IMG/VR virus record: IMGVR_UViG_3300021959_006010
Location: 62,001-126,000 of that record
Strand: one strand, 5' to 3'
Length of the DNA stretch: 64,000 bases
The number at the start of each line of letters is the position of its first letter. Position 1 is the first letter of the stretch. The position numbers and the translations under genes are program-made. A model generated the notes under the pieces. That model saw only the letters and a program-made list of their open reading frames with translations. It was not told where the DNA came from and did no database searches. Of this stretch, positions 35,477-44,669 are shown in pieces.

Positions 35477-36565
35477 TTAGTTCGGTTGCCAACGTGATCT
35501 TGGTACTAGTTTAGTTTTAGTATCAAGAGCAACGTAGCCTTCGCCTCCCTTTTCACCTTGTGTTGATTGTTTAACATCAGTATCAGCATCGTCAAGTTGA
35601 TTGATAATATGATCTTTAACAGTCATTACTTTTTTAACAAGACCAAAAATAGCAGGAAGTGCATTAGGCATTGTTTCGTTCATAGCTGCTAATTTTGCTT
35701 GTTGATTTTTGCTAACTTTTGATGTTTCTAGCCAATCAAAGAACCCGTTTTCAATGTCTCCTAGCTTTTGTACTTTACTCATTTGATTCATATATGTGTA
35801 AATAATCCCAGGAACATTACTTAATCCAGCTTGTCCTTCTAAGAACTTATCCATTATTCCAGCATGTCTTTTTGCCATACTTCTAATTTCTTCAACTTCG
35901 CTTGTATCTACACTAGGTTGATGTGTTACATAAGTTTGTCCTAGAACAACAGCACCTTCTGAATTAAGTTCATTTACATCTGAAATAGGTTTTCCAGCTT
36001 TACCCCCAAATTCGTTAATTTTTGTGTGGACAACAACACCAACTTTACTACCTGCTATGCGTTTACCAAGTTCGCTATTTTTGCTCACTGTGTATGTAAC
36101 TTTATTAGGGGTAAATTCTATACTTCCGTCTTTTATTTCGTATGGCTTTCCAGGATGATATAATATATCACCGTAAATATAACCACGGAAACCTTCCGGA
36201 GTAGCTTCTTTCATAACATCAAATATGCCAGCCATTTCGTTTGCAAAACGCTCACGCCAGTCTTCGCCTTTTCCTGTGCTTAAAATAAACTTTTTAAGAT
36301 CTTCTGCACTAGTTGACTTATTTCTTCCCCAGCCGTTTTTACCTACAAGTACAAAATCGCCATTCTCGTCACGACCATAATACATAGTAGGATAACCGTC
36401 CCATTTAATAGCAATGTCTGAACTGTCAGAACCCATTTTTTCTAAGGTATCAGCTGCCTTCATTGCACCTTTAGAACCTTCAATAAAGACAAGGTCTTCT
36501 AAATGTTGATATTCTCTACCTACTTTTGCTTCTGTTAAAATTGGACGGAATTCTGAAAATCTCAT
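35477..36565 (-). CDS. conserved phage protein with a ligase-like KxDG motif
   Basis: MRFSEFRPILTEAK; HLEDL, IKWDGYP, YGDILY, GEGYV, KLV. Confidence 0.6.
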   Translation of the reverse strand: MRFSEFRPILTEAKVGREYQHLEDLVFIEGSKGAMKAADTLEKMGSDSSDIAIKWDGYPTMYYGRDENGDFVLVGKNGWGRNKSTSAEDLKKFILSTGKGEDWRERFANEMAGIFDVMKEATPEGFRGYIYGDILYHPGKPYEIKDGSIEFTPNKVTYTVSKNSELGKRIAGSKVGVVVHTKINEFGGKAGKPISDVNELNSEGAVVLGQTYVTHQPSVDTSEVEEIRSMAKRHAGIMDKFLEGQAGLSNVPGIIYTYMNQMSKVQKLGDIENGFFDWLETSKVSKNQQAKLAAMNETMPNALPAIFGLVKKVMTVKDHIINQLDDADTDVKQSTQGEKGGEGYVALDTKTKLVPRSRWQPN

Positions 36566-36900
36566 TAATAAGTTCCCTTACAAACTTCTTCCAGTTCTTC
36601 TTCTTTTAAACGTTCGATAATATTATCAATATCGCTAGGAGGAAACATAACGCCTGCTGGCTTGGGCATATTGTATTTTTTACAATATTGTTTTGCTGCA
36701 TCAACAACTACTGGACGCATTGTTTCTGCAAAGCTAAATTCTTCTTTATTTCTATAACAATCGCTCATTTTACTTAACGCTGGAAACAAACTTTTGCGAT
36801 AAATCACCGGATCGTTCTTCATAAAAACCATTAAATCCTCTGCAGGATTAAATGGTAAAGAATCATCGATTGGTTGTGTAAACTCTACAATTTTTACCAT
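36565..36900 (-). CDS. hypothetical protein
   Basis: Start re-called to MVKIVEF; 111 aa. Confidence 0.7.
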   Translation of the reverse strand: MVKIVEFTQPIDDSLPFNPAEDLMVFMKNDPVIYRKSLFPALSKMSDCYRNKEEFSFAETMRPVVVDAAKQYCKKYNMPKPAGVMFPPSDIDNIIERLKEEELEEVCKGTY

Positions 36901-37460
36901 TTTCTGCAACTCCAGTAACGTGCTTTAGTGCGTGGACCAGGATTGTCACAGTTGTGTCTAGCACGGAAACTTCTTCTACGTGCTGGATTACTCTTTTTAA
37001 TCTTCATATTAGGATCACCAAAGTTAACTTTCTTAACGTTTTTAGTCTTAGGATCCTTAACATACACTTTAAACTTTTTAACATCGCCACGCATTGGCTT
37101 GCCTAGTTTAACTTTACGACCTTGATATTCCGCTTCGTCCATTTCGTCATCTTCGTTGAACCACATAACACCGTATTCTAAGAAGAAATCATCGCCGTCG
37201 TATGTTTCTTCTGTAATATCTTCACCTAGTTCAGACGAAATTTCAATGTCAAAGTCATCGTAACCTTGTTCAAACATATAGTCTGCTAAACGGTTAGCAT
37301 ATTCATCTGATTCTTCTTCGCTTAGTTGACGAGGAAGTGCAATTTCGTATACTGTAGCACCTTGTTCGGTTTCGTAAACTTCTTGTTCTGCAAAAATACT
37401 CTCGTCTAGTAGTTGAGCATTTTCTTGTTTTTCCATTACTATTCTTACAAAGTGTTCCAT
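36894..37460 (-). CDS. acidic N-terminus plus basic C-terminal module (KKVNFG...SFRARHNC...YWSCRKW)
   Basis: Basic module resembles one common in aquatic phages and follows a MDEA site. Confidence 0.75.
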   Translation of the reverse strand: MEHFVRIVMEKQENAQLLDESIFAEQEVYETEQGATVYEIALPRQLSEEESDEYANRLADYMFEQGYDDFDIEISSELGEDITEETYDGDDFFLEYGVMWFNEDDEMDEAEYQGRKVKLGKPMRGDVKKFKVYVKDPKTKNVKKVNFGDPNMKIKKSNPARRRSFRARHNCDNPGPRTKARYWSCRKW

Positions 37461-37471
37461 AGCGTTACCCT

Positions 37472-37816
37472 TTAATGATTTAAAATTACTGAATTAATTG
37501 TGCCTTCTGTAAACTCTATTACAGTTCTTACCCATACATAGTTTCCAGTAAAATTTGCAATTTTACTTGACGTTTCAGTTGTGGCTGTATAGTCATGCAC
37601 TGTAAACCAATCTGCTTCAGCAGGATCGATTGCAAGTGTTCCTTGAATTTTTATAGTTCCTGAAAAACTATCATAAGAATACTGTACGGTGTGCAGACCA
37701 TCGCTACGTCCATAGTATCCGTCACCTCTGTACTTGTCTCCTGTTACAGTTTGTGTCGGATCTCCAAGTACATCGTATGTTTGTGTTGTTAATATTGTTT
37801 CACTATTTACTGGCAT
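37472..37816 (-). CDS. hypothetical beta-sandwich protein (possibly structural)
   Basis: 114 aa, Thr/Gly-rich beta strands; late motif immediately upstream. Confidence 0.7.
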   Translation of the reverse strand: MPVNSETILTTQTYDVLGDPTQTVTGDKYRGDGYYGRSDGLHTVQYSYDSFSGTIKIQGTLAIDPAEADWFTVHDYTATTETSSKIANFTGNYVWVRTVIEFTEGTINSVILNH

Positions 37817-37820
37817 ACAG

Positions 37821-38519
37821 TTATTTATCTGTATTACCTTTATAGACTAATCGTTCGACTTTACCGATACTATTTTTAGATAACATTTCTATTAATAGCA
37901 TAAGTTTTGAATCTCGAAGATAAAAATAACAATTACACCATTGATAATTTCTTAAATTTTCGAGTGCCTTTTCTGTTATTCTTGATTTATCTTTATTGTT
38001 TTCCAACCAATCAGCAAGTTCAGGATTTTTTCCTGATTTAATATGCACTCTATATTCGTAAGGTAACGGCTCATTTAAAATGTAAACAGATGCATCATCT
38101 AAGAACGAAGAAATATCTTGTTCTCTCGGCTTATGTACTTCTCTAACATAGGGTTTAATACTTGGATCATTTAGTATGCTGTCTAAATCTTCTTCGTTTT
38201 CTAAATAAATGCTTAGTGCATAATAATCAATTCGTAATCTGTAAGAATCTAACTCTTCAAATTTTTCTACTAATTTTTTAGCATAGAAATAGTCATCAGT
38301 AGAGTATTCTTCTACTCTATTTCTATAACCATTTAGTTGCAAAGGATTATTTGACTTGTATAAAAAGTCTAATTCTTCTAAACACTCATACGCAAACTCC
38401 AACTGCGAGTATCTACCGTAACGTGTTGAGAAAATTTTATTAATAGGATTCCTCAAATTAATTTTATACATAAATTTGTTATACCAAAGCTTTCGAGTAG
38501 TATATTTTTTAACCATCAT
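37821..38519 (-). CDS. hypothetical protein
   Basis: 232 aa; AT-rich; overlaps the clpA end. Confidence 0.7.
   Translation of the reverse strand: MMVKKYTTRKLWYNKFMYKINLRNPINKIFSTRYGRYSQLEFAYECLEELDFLYKSNNPLQLNGYRNRVEEYSTDDYFYAKKLVEKFEELDSYRLRIDYYALSIYLENEEDLDSILNDPSIKPYVREVHKPREQDISSFLDDASVYILNEPLPYEYRVHIKSGKNPELADWLENNKDKSRITEKALENLRNYQWCNCYFYLRDSKLMLLIEMLSKNSIGKVERLVYKGNTDK
37822..37829 (-). promoter_or_regulatory. late promoter-like motif GATAAATA
   Basis: Heads the putative head-cargo block. Confidence 0.5.
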
Positions 38520-40767
38520 ATGGTACCTCTAAAGCAGTTTTAGACTTGTAAGACTCTAATACAAATTTATCTTCTTCTGCATTATAATTAATAGTTACAG
38601 TTCCACCATTTTTAAGATCTCCAAAAAGTAATGATCTTGAAAGAGGACGTTTAATTTCGTTATCGATTACACGTTGTAATGGTCTTGCACCCATTTTAGG
38701 ATCGAATCCTTTTTCTACTAGTGCATCTAATGTTTCGTCAGTAACTTCGATATCGACACCTTTTTCTTTAACCATATTTTTAAGTTCAAGCAAGAATTTT
38801 CCAACAATTTTCATCATTACTTCTTTGCTTAAACGTGCAAAAGTAATAATGCCATCTAGACGATTACGGAATTCTGGACTAAAGAAACGTTTAAGTTCTG
38901 TATCTTCGTAGTCGTAATCATTGTCTGTGCTAAATCCAATGGTGTTTTTCTCTGCGGCTTTTGCACCTAGGTTTGTTGTAAGAATAAGTGTGCAGTTACG
39001 AGCATCTGCTTCCCTCCCGTCAGAGCCTGTTACCTTACCATTGTCCATAAGTTGCAATAAGATTTGAGAAACATCTGGGTGTGCCTTTTCAATCTCGTCA
39101 AGCAACAATACACAGTTAGGATGTTCTTGTAACTTAGTAATAAGGATGCCAGCACTATCTTCAAAACCAACATATCCTGGTGGAGAACCAATCAACTTAG
39201 CAACACTATGCTTTTCTTGATACTCACTCATATCAAGACGAACAAGTTTAACACCTAGTTGTTCAGACAATTGTTTAGCAGTTTCTGTTTTACCTGTACC
39301 AGTTGGACCCATAAAGATAAAACTACCAATAGGCTTATCATCTGGTTTAAGACCTGCTTGGCTTACAAGTATTTTATCAACAATTGATTCAATTGCTTCG
39401 TCTTGTCCGAATACTGTTCCTTTAAGGTTCTTTTCAAGATTTATAAGATTGTCGGTTTCTTTTTGACTGATAGTTTCTACTGGAATATTAACCATCTTCG
39501 CGAGTTCAAATTCAATTTCTTCTCTACTAATACGTTTTTCTTCTACGTTTTCTTTTAGATTAAAGCGAGAACACGCTACGTCAATCAAGTCAATTGCTTT
39601 ATCTGGTAGTTTCTTGTCAGTCTGATACTTAACACTTAGTTTAACGGCTGCTTCGATAGCACTTTCTGTAATTTCAGTTGCGTGGAATTCTTCGTAATAT
39701 TTTTTAATTCCACGTAAAATGTCTTTTGTTACTTCAACACTTGGTTCGTCTACACCTACACGTTGGAATCGACGCATTAGAGCACGATCTTTTTCAAAAT
39801 ACTTGCGATATTCTTCCCAGGTAGTAGAAGCAACTACCTTTATATCTCCTTTACTAAGAGCAGGTTTTAGCATATTAGCAAGATCGTTTGAACTGTCTTT
39901 TGATCCAGCACCCGCACCATTCATCATATGTGCTTCGTCAACAAACATAATTGTTTTGCCTTTTTTAGTTAGTGCTTGAATAACTAATTTTAGACGTTCT
40001 TCAAAATCACCACGATATTTTGAACCAGCAAGCATGCCGCCAATGTCAAGATTATACACTTCATAATCTTTTAGGAACTCAGGCACGTTTCCGTTTACAA
40101 TTTTCCAAGCAAGACCTTCTGCAATAGCAGTTTTACCTACACCAGGATCACCAACAAGAATAACATTGTTTTTACTGCGTCGACCTAGTGCAAGAGAAAT
40201 GCTTTCAATTTCCTCTTCACGGCCGATTACAGGATCAATTTTTCCTTTGCTAGCACGATTATTAAGGTTGTCAGTAAATGCTCTTAATGCTTTTTGGGCT
40301 GCACCGCTAATTTCTTCCTCTTCGTAGTCGTCTTCCATTTCTGCATTTATGTAATTAGAGAATTTTTGTTTTTCAATTCCTGCTTTCTCTAACCAATAAC
40401 AACCGATACTTTTCTTTTCACCAAGTATTGCAATAAGAACGTCGGCTAACTCAATTTGCTGACGTCCATGGAACAATACTTGTGTAAATGCTCGATTTAA
40501 GCAACGTTCAACTGTTTGAGTTTTCTTGGGTTTAAAATCTTCAGATTCAATTTTGATATCATCGCAATTATTACGAAGATGATTTTCTAAGTTCTTTTTA
40601 ATAAAAAGAGGATCAGATCCATAACCTTCAATAATTTTTTCGAGATTCTCGTCACATAGCATTGCAAATAGCAAGTGCTCTAGTGTCAAGTATTCGTGCT
40701 TTAATTTTTGTGCATCCTTGATTGCTTTTTCGAACACTAATTGTAGTTCTTTACTAGGTTCAACCAT
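38509..40767 (-). CDS. clpA: ATP-dependent Clp protease ATP-binding subunit ClpA
   Basis: Clp N domain (HEYLTLEHLL), GDPGVGKT, GPTGTGKT, DMSEY.E.HSVAKLIGSPPGYVG, GARPL; 752 aa with no ClpB M-domain. Confidence 0.92.
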   Translation of the reverse strand: MVEPSKELQLVFEKAIKDAQKLKHEYLTLEHLLFAMLCDENLEKIIEGYGSDPLFIKKNLENHLRNNCDDIKIESEDFKPKKTQTVERCLNRAFTQVLFHGRQQIELADVLIAILGEKKSIGCYWLEKAGIEKQKFSNYINAEMEDDYEEEEISGAAQKALRAFTDNLNNRASKGKIDPVIGREEEIESISLALGRRSKNNVILVGDPGVGKTAIAEGLAWKIVNGNVPEFLKDYEVYNLDIGGMLAGSKYRGDFEERLKLVIQALTKKGKTIMFVDEAHMMNGAGAGSKDSSNDLANMLKPALSKGDIKVVASTTWEEYRKYFEKDRALMRRFQRVGVDEPSVEVTKDILRGIKKYYEEFHATEITESAIEAAVKLSVKYQTDKKLPDKAIDLIDVACSRFNLKENVEEKRISREEIEFELAKMVNIPVETISQKETDNLINLEKNLKGTVFGQDEAIESIVDKILVSQAGLKPDDKPIGSFIFMGPTGTGKTETAKQLSEQLGVKLVRLDMSEYQEKHSVAKLIGSPPGYVGFEDSAGILITKLQEHPNCVLLLDEIEKAHPDVSQILLQLMDNGKVTGSDGREADARNCTLILTTNLGAKAAEKNTIGFSTDNDYDYEDTELKRFFSPEFRNRLDGIITFARLSKEVMMKIVGKFLLELKNMVKEKGVDIEVTDETLDALVEKGFDPKMGARPLQRVIDNEIKRPLSRSLLFGDLKNGGTVTINYNAEEDKFVLESYKSKTALEVPYDG

Positions 40768-41266
40768 TCACTTTCCTCTTTTTTAATTTATTTTGTTTTT
40801 TCAACGCTCGGTCCAGTTTAAGTTTACTTACACGATCGGTGTATTCAATACCATTAAGGTGATCAAACTCGTGTAAGAAACAACGTGCATCAATATCATA
40901 TAATTCTATTATACATTCTTTAGCATTTATGTCAAGATATTTGGCAGTAATATATTTAGGTCTTCTTACGTGCAGAAATAATTCGGGATGGCTCAAACAT
41001 CCTTCTATCATTAGCTCAGTTTCTTTGCTAGCAGAAGTTACTTCAGGATTGATAATAACTAAAGGAGTTTTATCTTCTAACAATATAGGTCTCATTACAA
41101 AAATTTGAGCATCAAGTGCAACTTGATTTGCACTCATTCCTAGTCCACTTAGAGTTTGCATAAGTGCTACCATCTTCTCACCTATATCTTTAGCATCTAA
41201 AGCATCAAAGTCAAATGGCTTTACTACCTTCTGTAACCATTCATTCGGTGATTTAACTAATTCCAT
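40760..41266 (-). CDS. def: peptide deformylase
   Basis: GMSANQ, EGCLS, HEFDH. Confidence 0.93.
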   Translation of the reverse strand: MELVKSPNEWLQKVVKPFDFDALDAKDIGEKMVALMQTLSGLGMSANQVALDAQIFVMRPILLEDKTPLVIINPEVTSASKETELMIEGCLSHPELFLHVRRPKYITAKYLDINAKECIIELYDIDARCFLHEFDHLNGIEYTDRVSKLKLDRALKKQNKLKKRKVNG

Positions 41267-42062
41267 CTCTTATATTCCTAATCTTATCTAACAGGGCATC
41301 GTCTTTTATTTTTGGAACAATAACCCTTACTTTAACAAAAATATTTCCTCTTCGACTATCATTAAGATACGGTAAACCATATCCAGCAATGCTTAAAACA
41401 GTATCTGGATTTGTTCCTGCAGGTATTTTAATATTTAATCTTCTTGAATCAAGTGTTTCAATTTCAGTCTCTATACCTAGTATAGCATCAAATGCAGAAA
41501 TGTCTATCGTTGTATGCAAATTTTGTCCATCTCTGCGCCATTTTTTTAATGGAGTAGTAATAAACTTTACAATTAGATCTCCTCTAGACACTCTTGGATT
41601 TCCGTCATCGCCTAAACCTCTATACCTAATCATTTGGTTATCGCCAACACCTCGAGGAACTTCGATTTCTACTCTTTCATTTTTTCCACTTTGCAACCTA
41701 TACTCAAATATTAATAATCGTCCATATAAAACATCCCTCAATTCGATACTAGCTGATACGTGTATGTCTCTATTTTTTGGCTGAGGTCTTCCTCGTGCAT
41801 TTCTAAACATTGAGTTAAAAATGTCATCAAAGTTTCCGTAGGCATTTGTAAAATCCGAAGAGTTCATATTAACTTGCGGATTGTCGTATGCTTGTCTTTT
41901 TTGTGGATCTTTTAGTGTATCGTATGCTTCGTTAATTTCTTTAAACTTCTTCTCATCACCGCCTCTATCAGGATGGTTTTGCATAGCAAGTTTACGATAT
42001 GCGCTCTTTAGTTCTTTATCGGAAGCATTTTTTCCTACACCTAAAATAGAATAATAGTCCAT
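41253..42062 (-). CDS. dnaJ: class B J-domain chaperone (DnaJ/CbpA-like, no Zn finger)
   Basis: DYYSILGV, HPDRGGD, FKEINEAY, G/F region, C-terminal GDL/GN domains. Confidence 0.9.
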   Translation of the reverse strand: MDYYSILGVGKNASDKELKSAYRKLAMQNHPDRGGDEKKFKEINEAYDTLKDPQKRQAYDNPQVNMNSSDFTNAYGNFDDIFNSMFRNARGRPQPKNRDIHVSASIELRDVLYGRLLIFEYRLQSGKNERVEIEVPRGVGDNQMIRYRGLGDDGNPRVSRGDLIVKFITTPLKKWRRDGQNLHTTIDISAFDAILGIETEIETLDSRRLNIKIPAGTNPDTVLSIAGYGLPYLNDSRRGNIFVKVRVIVPKIKDDALLDKIRNIRDGIS

Positions 42063-42107
42063 ACAATTACTTATCGCATGGACTATTAAGGTTTTATGGT
42101 AATGGTT

Positions 42108-42584
42108 TTACTTTTTACCTTTACCGGTATATGCTTGAGCACCAAAGAATGCCATAACAATTGCTGCAACTGAAACGAAATATGTTGCTGCCATTGATCC
42201 TAGTACACTTGCTGCTTGCTCTAAACTTAACCATGTTGCTAGTACTACTGCAAATGGATAAAGTAGCATACCAAATAGTGCAAACCAAGACATTTTACGC
42301 TGTGCATCACGCATTGCATCTTGGTCTTCAAGTTCTTTACGCTTGAATTCAAGATACATTGCTTCTTCTTCTGCACTTACATGACCGTCTCCGTTTGTAT
42401 CAGCAGGATGCCATCCGCCCATTGATGCTGCTGGTGCCGCGTCTTCTTTCATTGAGTACGACACTTCAGGTGCTGCTGCTGGTTTCGGAGCCGCTGCTGC
42501 TGGTTTCGGTGCTGGCTTATCTACTGGTGCAGCTTTTCCCGGTCCGCCATTACTTTTTAATTCTTCTGCTTTTTTACGTGGCAT
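42108..42584 (-). CDS. EF-hand-containing two-TM membrane protein, putative holin
   Basis: DTNGDGHVSAEE loop; two C-terminal TM helices; end of the lysis cassette. Confidence 0.6.
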   Translation of the reverse strand: MPRKKAEELKSNGGPGKAAPVDKPAPKPAAAAPKPAAAPEVSYSMKEDAAPAASMGGWHPADTNGDGHVSAEEEAMYLEFKRKELEDQDAMRDAQRKMSWFALFGMLLYPFAVVLATWLSLEQAASVLGSMAATYFVSVAAIVMAFFGAQAYTGKGKK

Positions 42585-42585
42585 A

Positions 42586-43344
42586 TTAACCCTCCATTTT
42601 TTCTAAGTTAGCAATATAATTACCAATACTGTGATCACTAAAGTTATCGATGCCGCCTTGTTTCAAGCCCATCGCAAAACCACGCCAGCGATCTTTCATT
42701 CTTTGCCATCCTGACATTTTACGTACTTCGCCATAAGCATTCATATAATGCTCTGTACCGTGATGTGTATAACCCATAATTTTCAAAGGCACTCTTGTAA
42801 CAACATCGTTGTTGTTTACCCATCTGTGATGCTCTACTCCTAGGTGTACGCAATATTTTTTCCATCCTACTCTTGGAGAACCGTATGTATATAATTCTAC
42901 AGGATCAGGAACTTTTGTGTTGTACAGACAACGGCTTGCCATAATAGTTGCCATTGCTGCACCTAAGCTATGTCCGCAAAACCATAAGTCTTGTTTTGGT
43001 TGTTTTGACATAAGATCTGCCATTACCATAGGCCATAACTCGTCTACCTCTGCTTTAAAGCCTTGATGCACACGGCTTATGGTCTCTGCTATTACTGGTA
43101 ATGCTTTTAAATCTGCTGCAATATCATTAAATTGTGTTGGTTGTGTTCCACGGCAAGCAATAACCATATCATCCTTACTTGCAAATCTGTATGCTTGAGC
43201 ACCGTGTTTGTCATAAAATTCAACCTCTGTAAATCCCAAAGGTTTAACAAGTTTTTTTACTTCTTTTTGATCATCTTTATATGCGATAGAAGCTAACTTA
43301 GCAAATAGTAAACTTCTGTCTTTGAAACTTAGATCTTTAATCAT
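42586..43344 (-). CDS. lipase class 3 (alpha/beta hydrolase)
   Basis: IACRGT, VHQGF, GHSLG, DVVTRVP, DHS triad. Confidence 0.9.
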   Translation of the reverse strand: MIKDLSFKDRSLLFAKLASIAYKDDQKEVKKLVKPLGFTEVEFYDKHGAQAYRFASKDDMVIACRGTQPTQFNDIAADLKALPVIAETISRVHQGFKAEVDELWPMVMADLMSKQPKQDLWFCGHSLGAAMATIMASRCLYNTKVPDPVELYTYGSPRVGWKKYCVHLGVEHHRWVNNNDVVTRVPLKIMGYTHHGTEHYMNAYGEVRKMSGWQRMKDRWRGFAMGLKQGGIDNFSDHSIGNYIANLEKMEG

Positions 43345-43634
43345 TTTTTGCCCTCCAAGGTTTTGATTCTTTCTTCTAGTTCATCTATTTTCTTAGTAAC
43401 ATAAGGATACTTTTTACGCCACGCATCAGTCGGTTGCTCAAACCACGTTAACCCCCAACGCTCAACTAGATAATCAAGTGTTTGATCTAGTTTAGCGTAA
43501 CACCAAAGACCTGCTCTAGTATCCTTAAAATATGCTAAAAAGGCTGCACCGACTAGTGAGCCCAAAATTGCTGTATAAATCCACAGCGTATCGTCAAATA
43601 ATTTTTCTACAATGCCCATAAATTGCCCCTTCAT
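43341..43634 (-). CDS. small membrane protein
   Basis: N-terminal TM helix, C-terminal coiled coil. Confidence 0.7.
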   Translation of the reverse strand: MKGQFMGIVEKLFDDTLWIYTAILGSLVGAAFLAYFKDTRAGLWCYAKLDQTLDYLVERWGLTWFEQPTDAWRKKYPYVTKKIDELEERIKTLEGKK

Positions 43635-43644
43635 ACGCTAAACG

Positions 43645-43652
43645 TATTTATA
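43645..43652 (-). promoter_or_regulatory. T4-type late promoter motif TATAAATA
   Basis: Exact consensus upstream of the 43634 gene. Confidence 0.55.
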
Positions 43653-44187
43653 CGGAATTACGTCTTATTCCTAAGGCCTTACTAGCTCTGTATGATTCCA
43701 CGCTTACTTTATTTGACTGATTCCCACCTAAGATGTAATAGTACTCAACATCACCAACTTTTACACTTCTTAGGAAAAATCCTACATGCCCTTGCCATCC
43801 TTGATTTCCTCTCGGAAACACTACAATATCTCCTGCTTGGATATCATTTTTATCTACTTCGATACCCCATTCCAAAAAGCTTCTAGCCATTAGAGGAACA
43901 TCGCTAACACTTTCGCTACCTACTATTCCGCTTTCGTTTAATACCGCATTTACAAATGCAGCACACCATTCTGTGCGAACAGGATCAACACCGATAAAGT
44001 CTTTTAATTCTGATCTGTTAGATGCTTCGTGTAATCCGTAATAATTGTATGCTGTTGATGCTGGATTACCAGAGCTTACTTTTAATATATTAGGTCTAAG
44101 CTCTGGTATAGGTATGCCGTTAGAGTCTGTTACTCCACATGCAGATATAAAAGTCGCTAGAAGTAGCGAGATACTTATTACCCTCAT
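43648..44187 (-). CDS. NlpC/P60-CHAP-like peptidoglycan hydrolase (TIGR02594-like), predicted lipoprotein
   Basis: WCAAFVN (Cys), GHVGF (His), LGGNQ; lipobox FISAC. Confidence 0.8.
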   Translation of the reverse strand: MRVISISLLLATFISACGVTDSNGIPIPELRPNILKVSSGNPASTAYNYYGLHEASNRSELKDFIGVDPVRTEWCAAFVNAVLNESGIVGSESVSDVPLMARSFLEWGIEVDKNDIQAGDIVVFPRGNQGWQGHVGFFLRSVKVGDVEYYYILGGNQSNKVSVESYRASKALGIRRNSV

Positions 44188-44207
44188 AATATTTGCCCTT
44201 TTATTGA

Positions 44208-44669
44208 TTAATTAAATAGATTGAATCCGCTATTTTCTTCTGATGGTTGTGATGTATTTTCTTGACGTTGCGCCTCAGCTTCATCAAGTGCTTGTTCTGC
44301 TTCTTTGTAATAGTTTTCGTATGCTAGTATAATCTGCTGTTGCTGTTGTACTAAAGCACGAATGTCTGAAAAGTTTAAACCTAGTTTACCATATCCATCA
44401 CCTGTTAGTGCGTAAAATGCAAATGCTTTGCCTTCGCTTTCAAGGCGTGCTCTTACTTCTTCGATGTTAGATTCATTGATAACAATCCACTCAACACGGC
44501 GCATATTAACTTCGTCAACAGGCGGTAGAACTAGTTCCGGTTTATCAATCGGTTTGCTGGTTACTTGTATCGTTTGTGGGGTCGTTGAGCATGCCGCGAG
44601 ACTTATAATCATCATAAAGCCAAGGGCACTCTTTGTTAAAAGACCTTGCATTTTCTGCATTTTTCTCAT
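44208..44669 (-). CDS. o-spanin-like lipoprotein
   Basis: Lipobox SLAAC then Pro-rich segment; 5' end overlaps the i-spanin (true start probably a later Met). Confidence 0.7.
   Translation of the reverse strand: MRKMQKMQGLLTKSALGFMMIISLAACSTTPQTIQVTSKPIDKPELVLPPVDEVNMRRVEWIVINESNIEEVRARLESEGKAFAFYALTGDGYGKLGLNFSDIRALVQQQQQIILAYENYYKEAEQALDEAEAQRQENTSQPSEENSGFNLFN

Noticed and set aside
42472-42509. Direct repeat GCTGCTGCTGGTTTCGG x2
   Set aside because: It simply encodes a PKPAAA linker, not a regulatory repeat or CRISPR.
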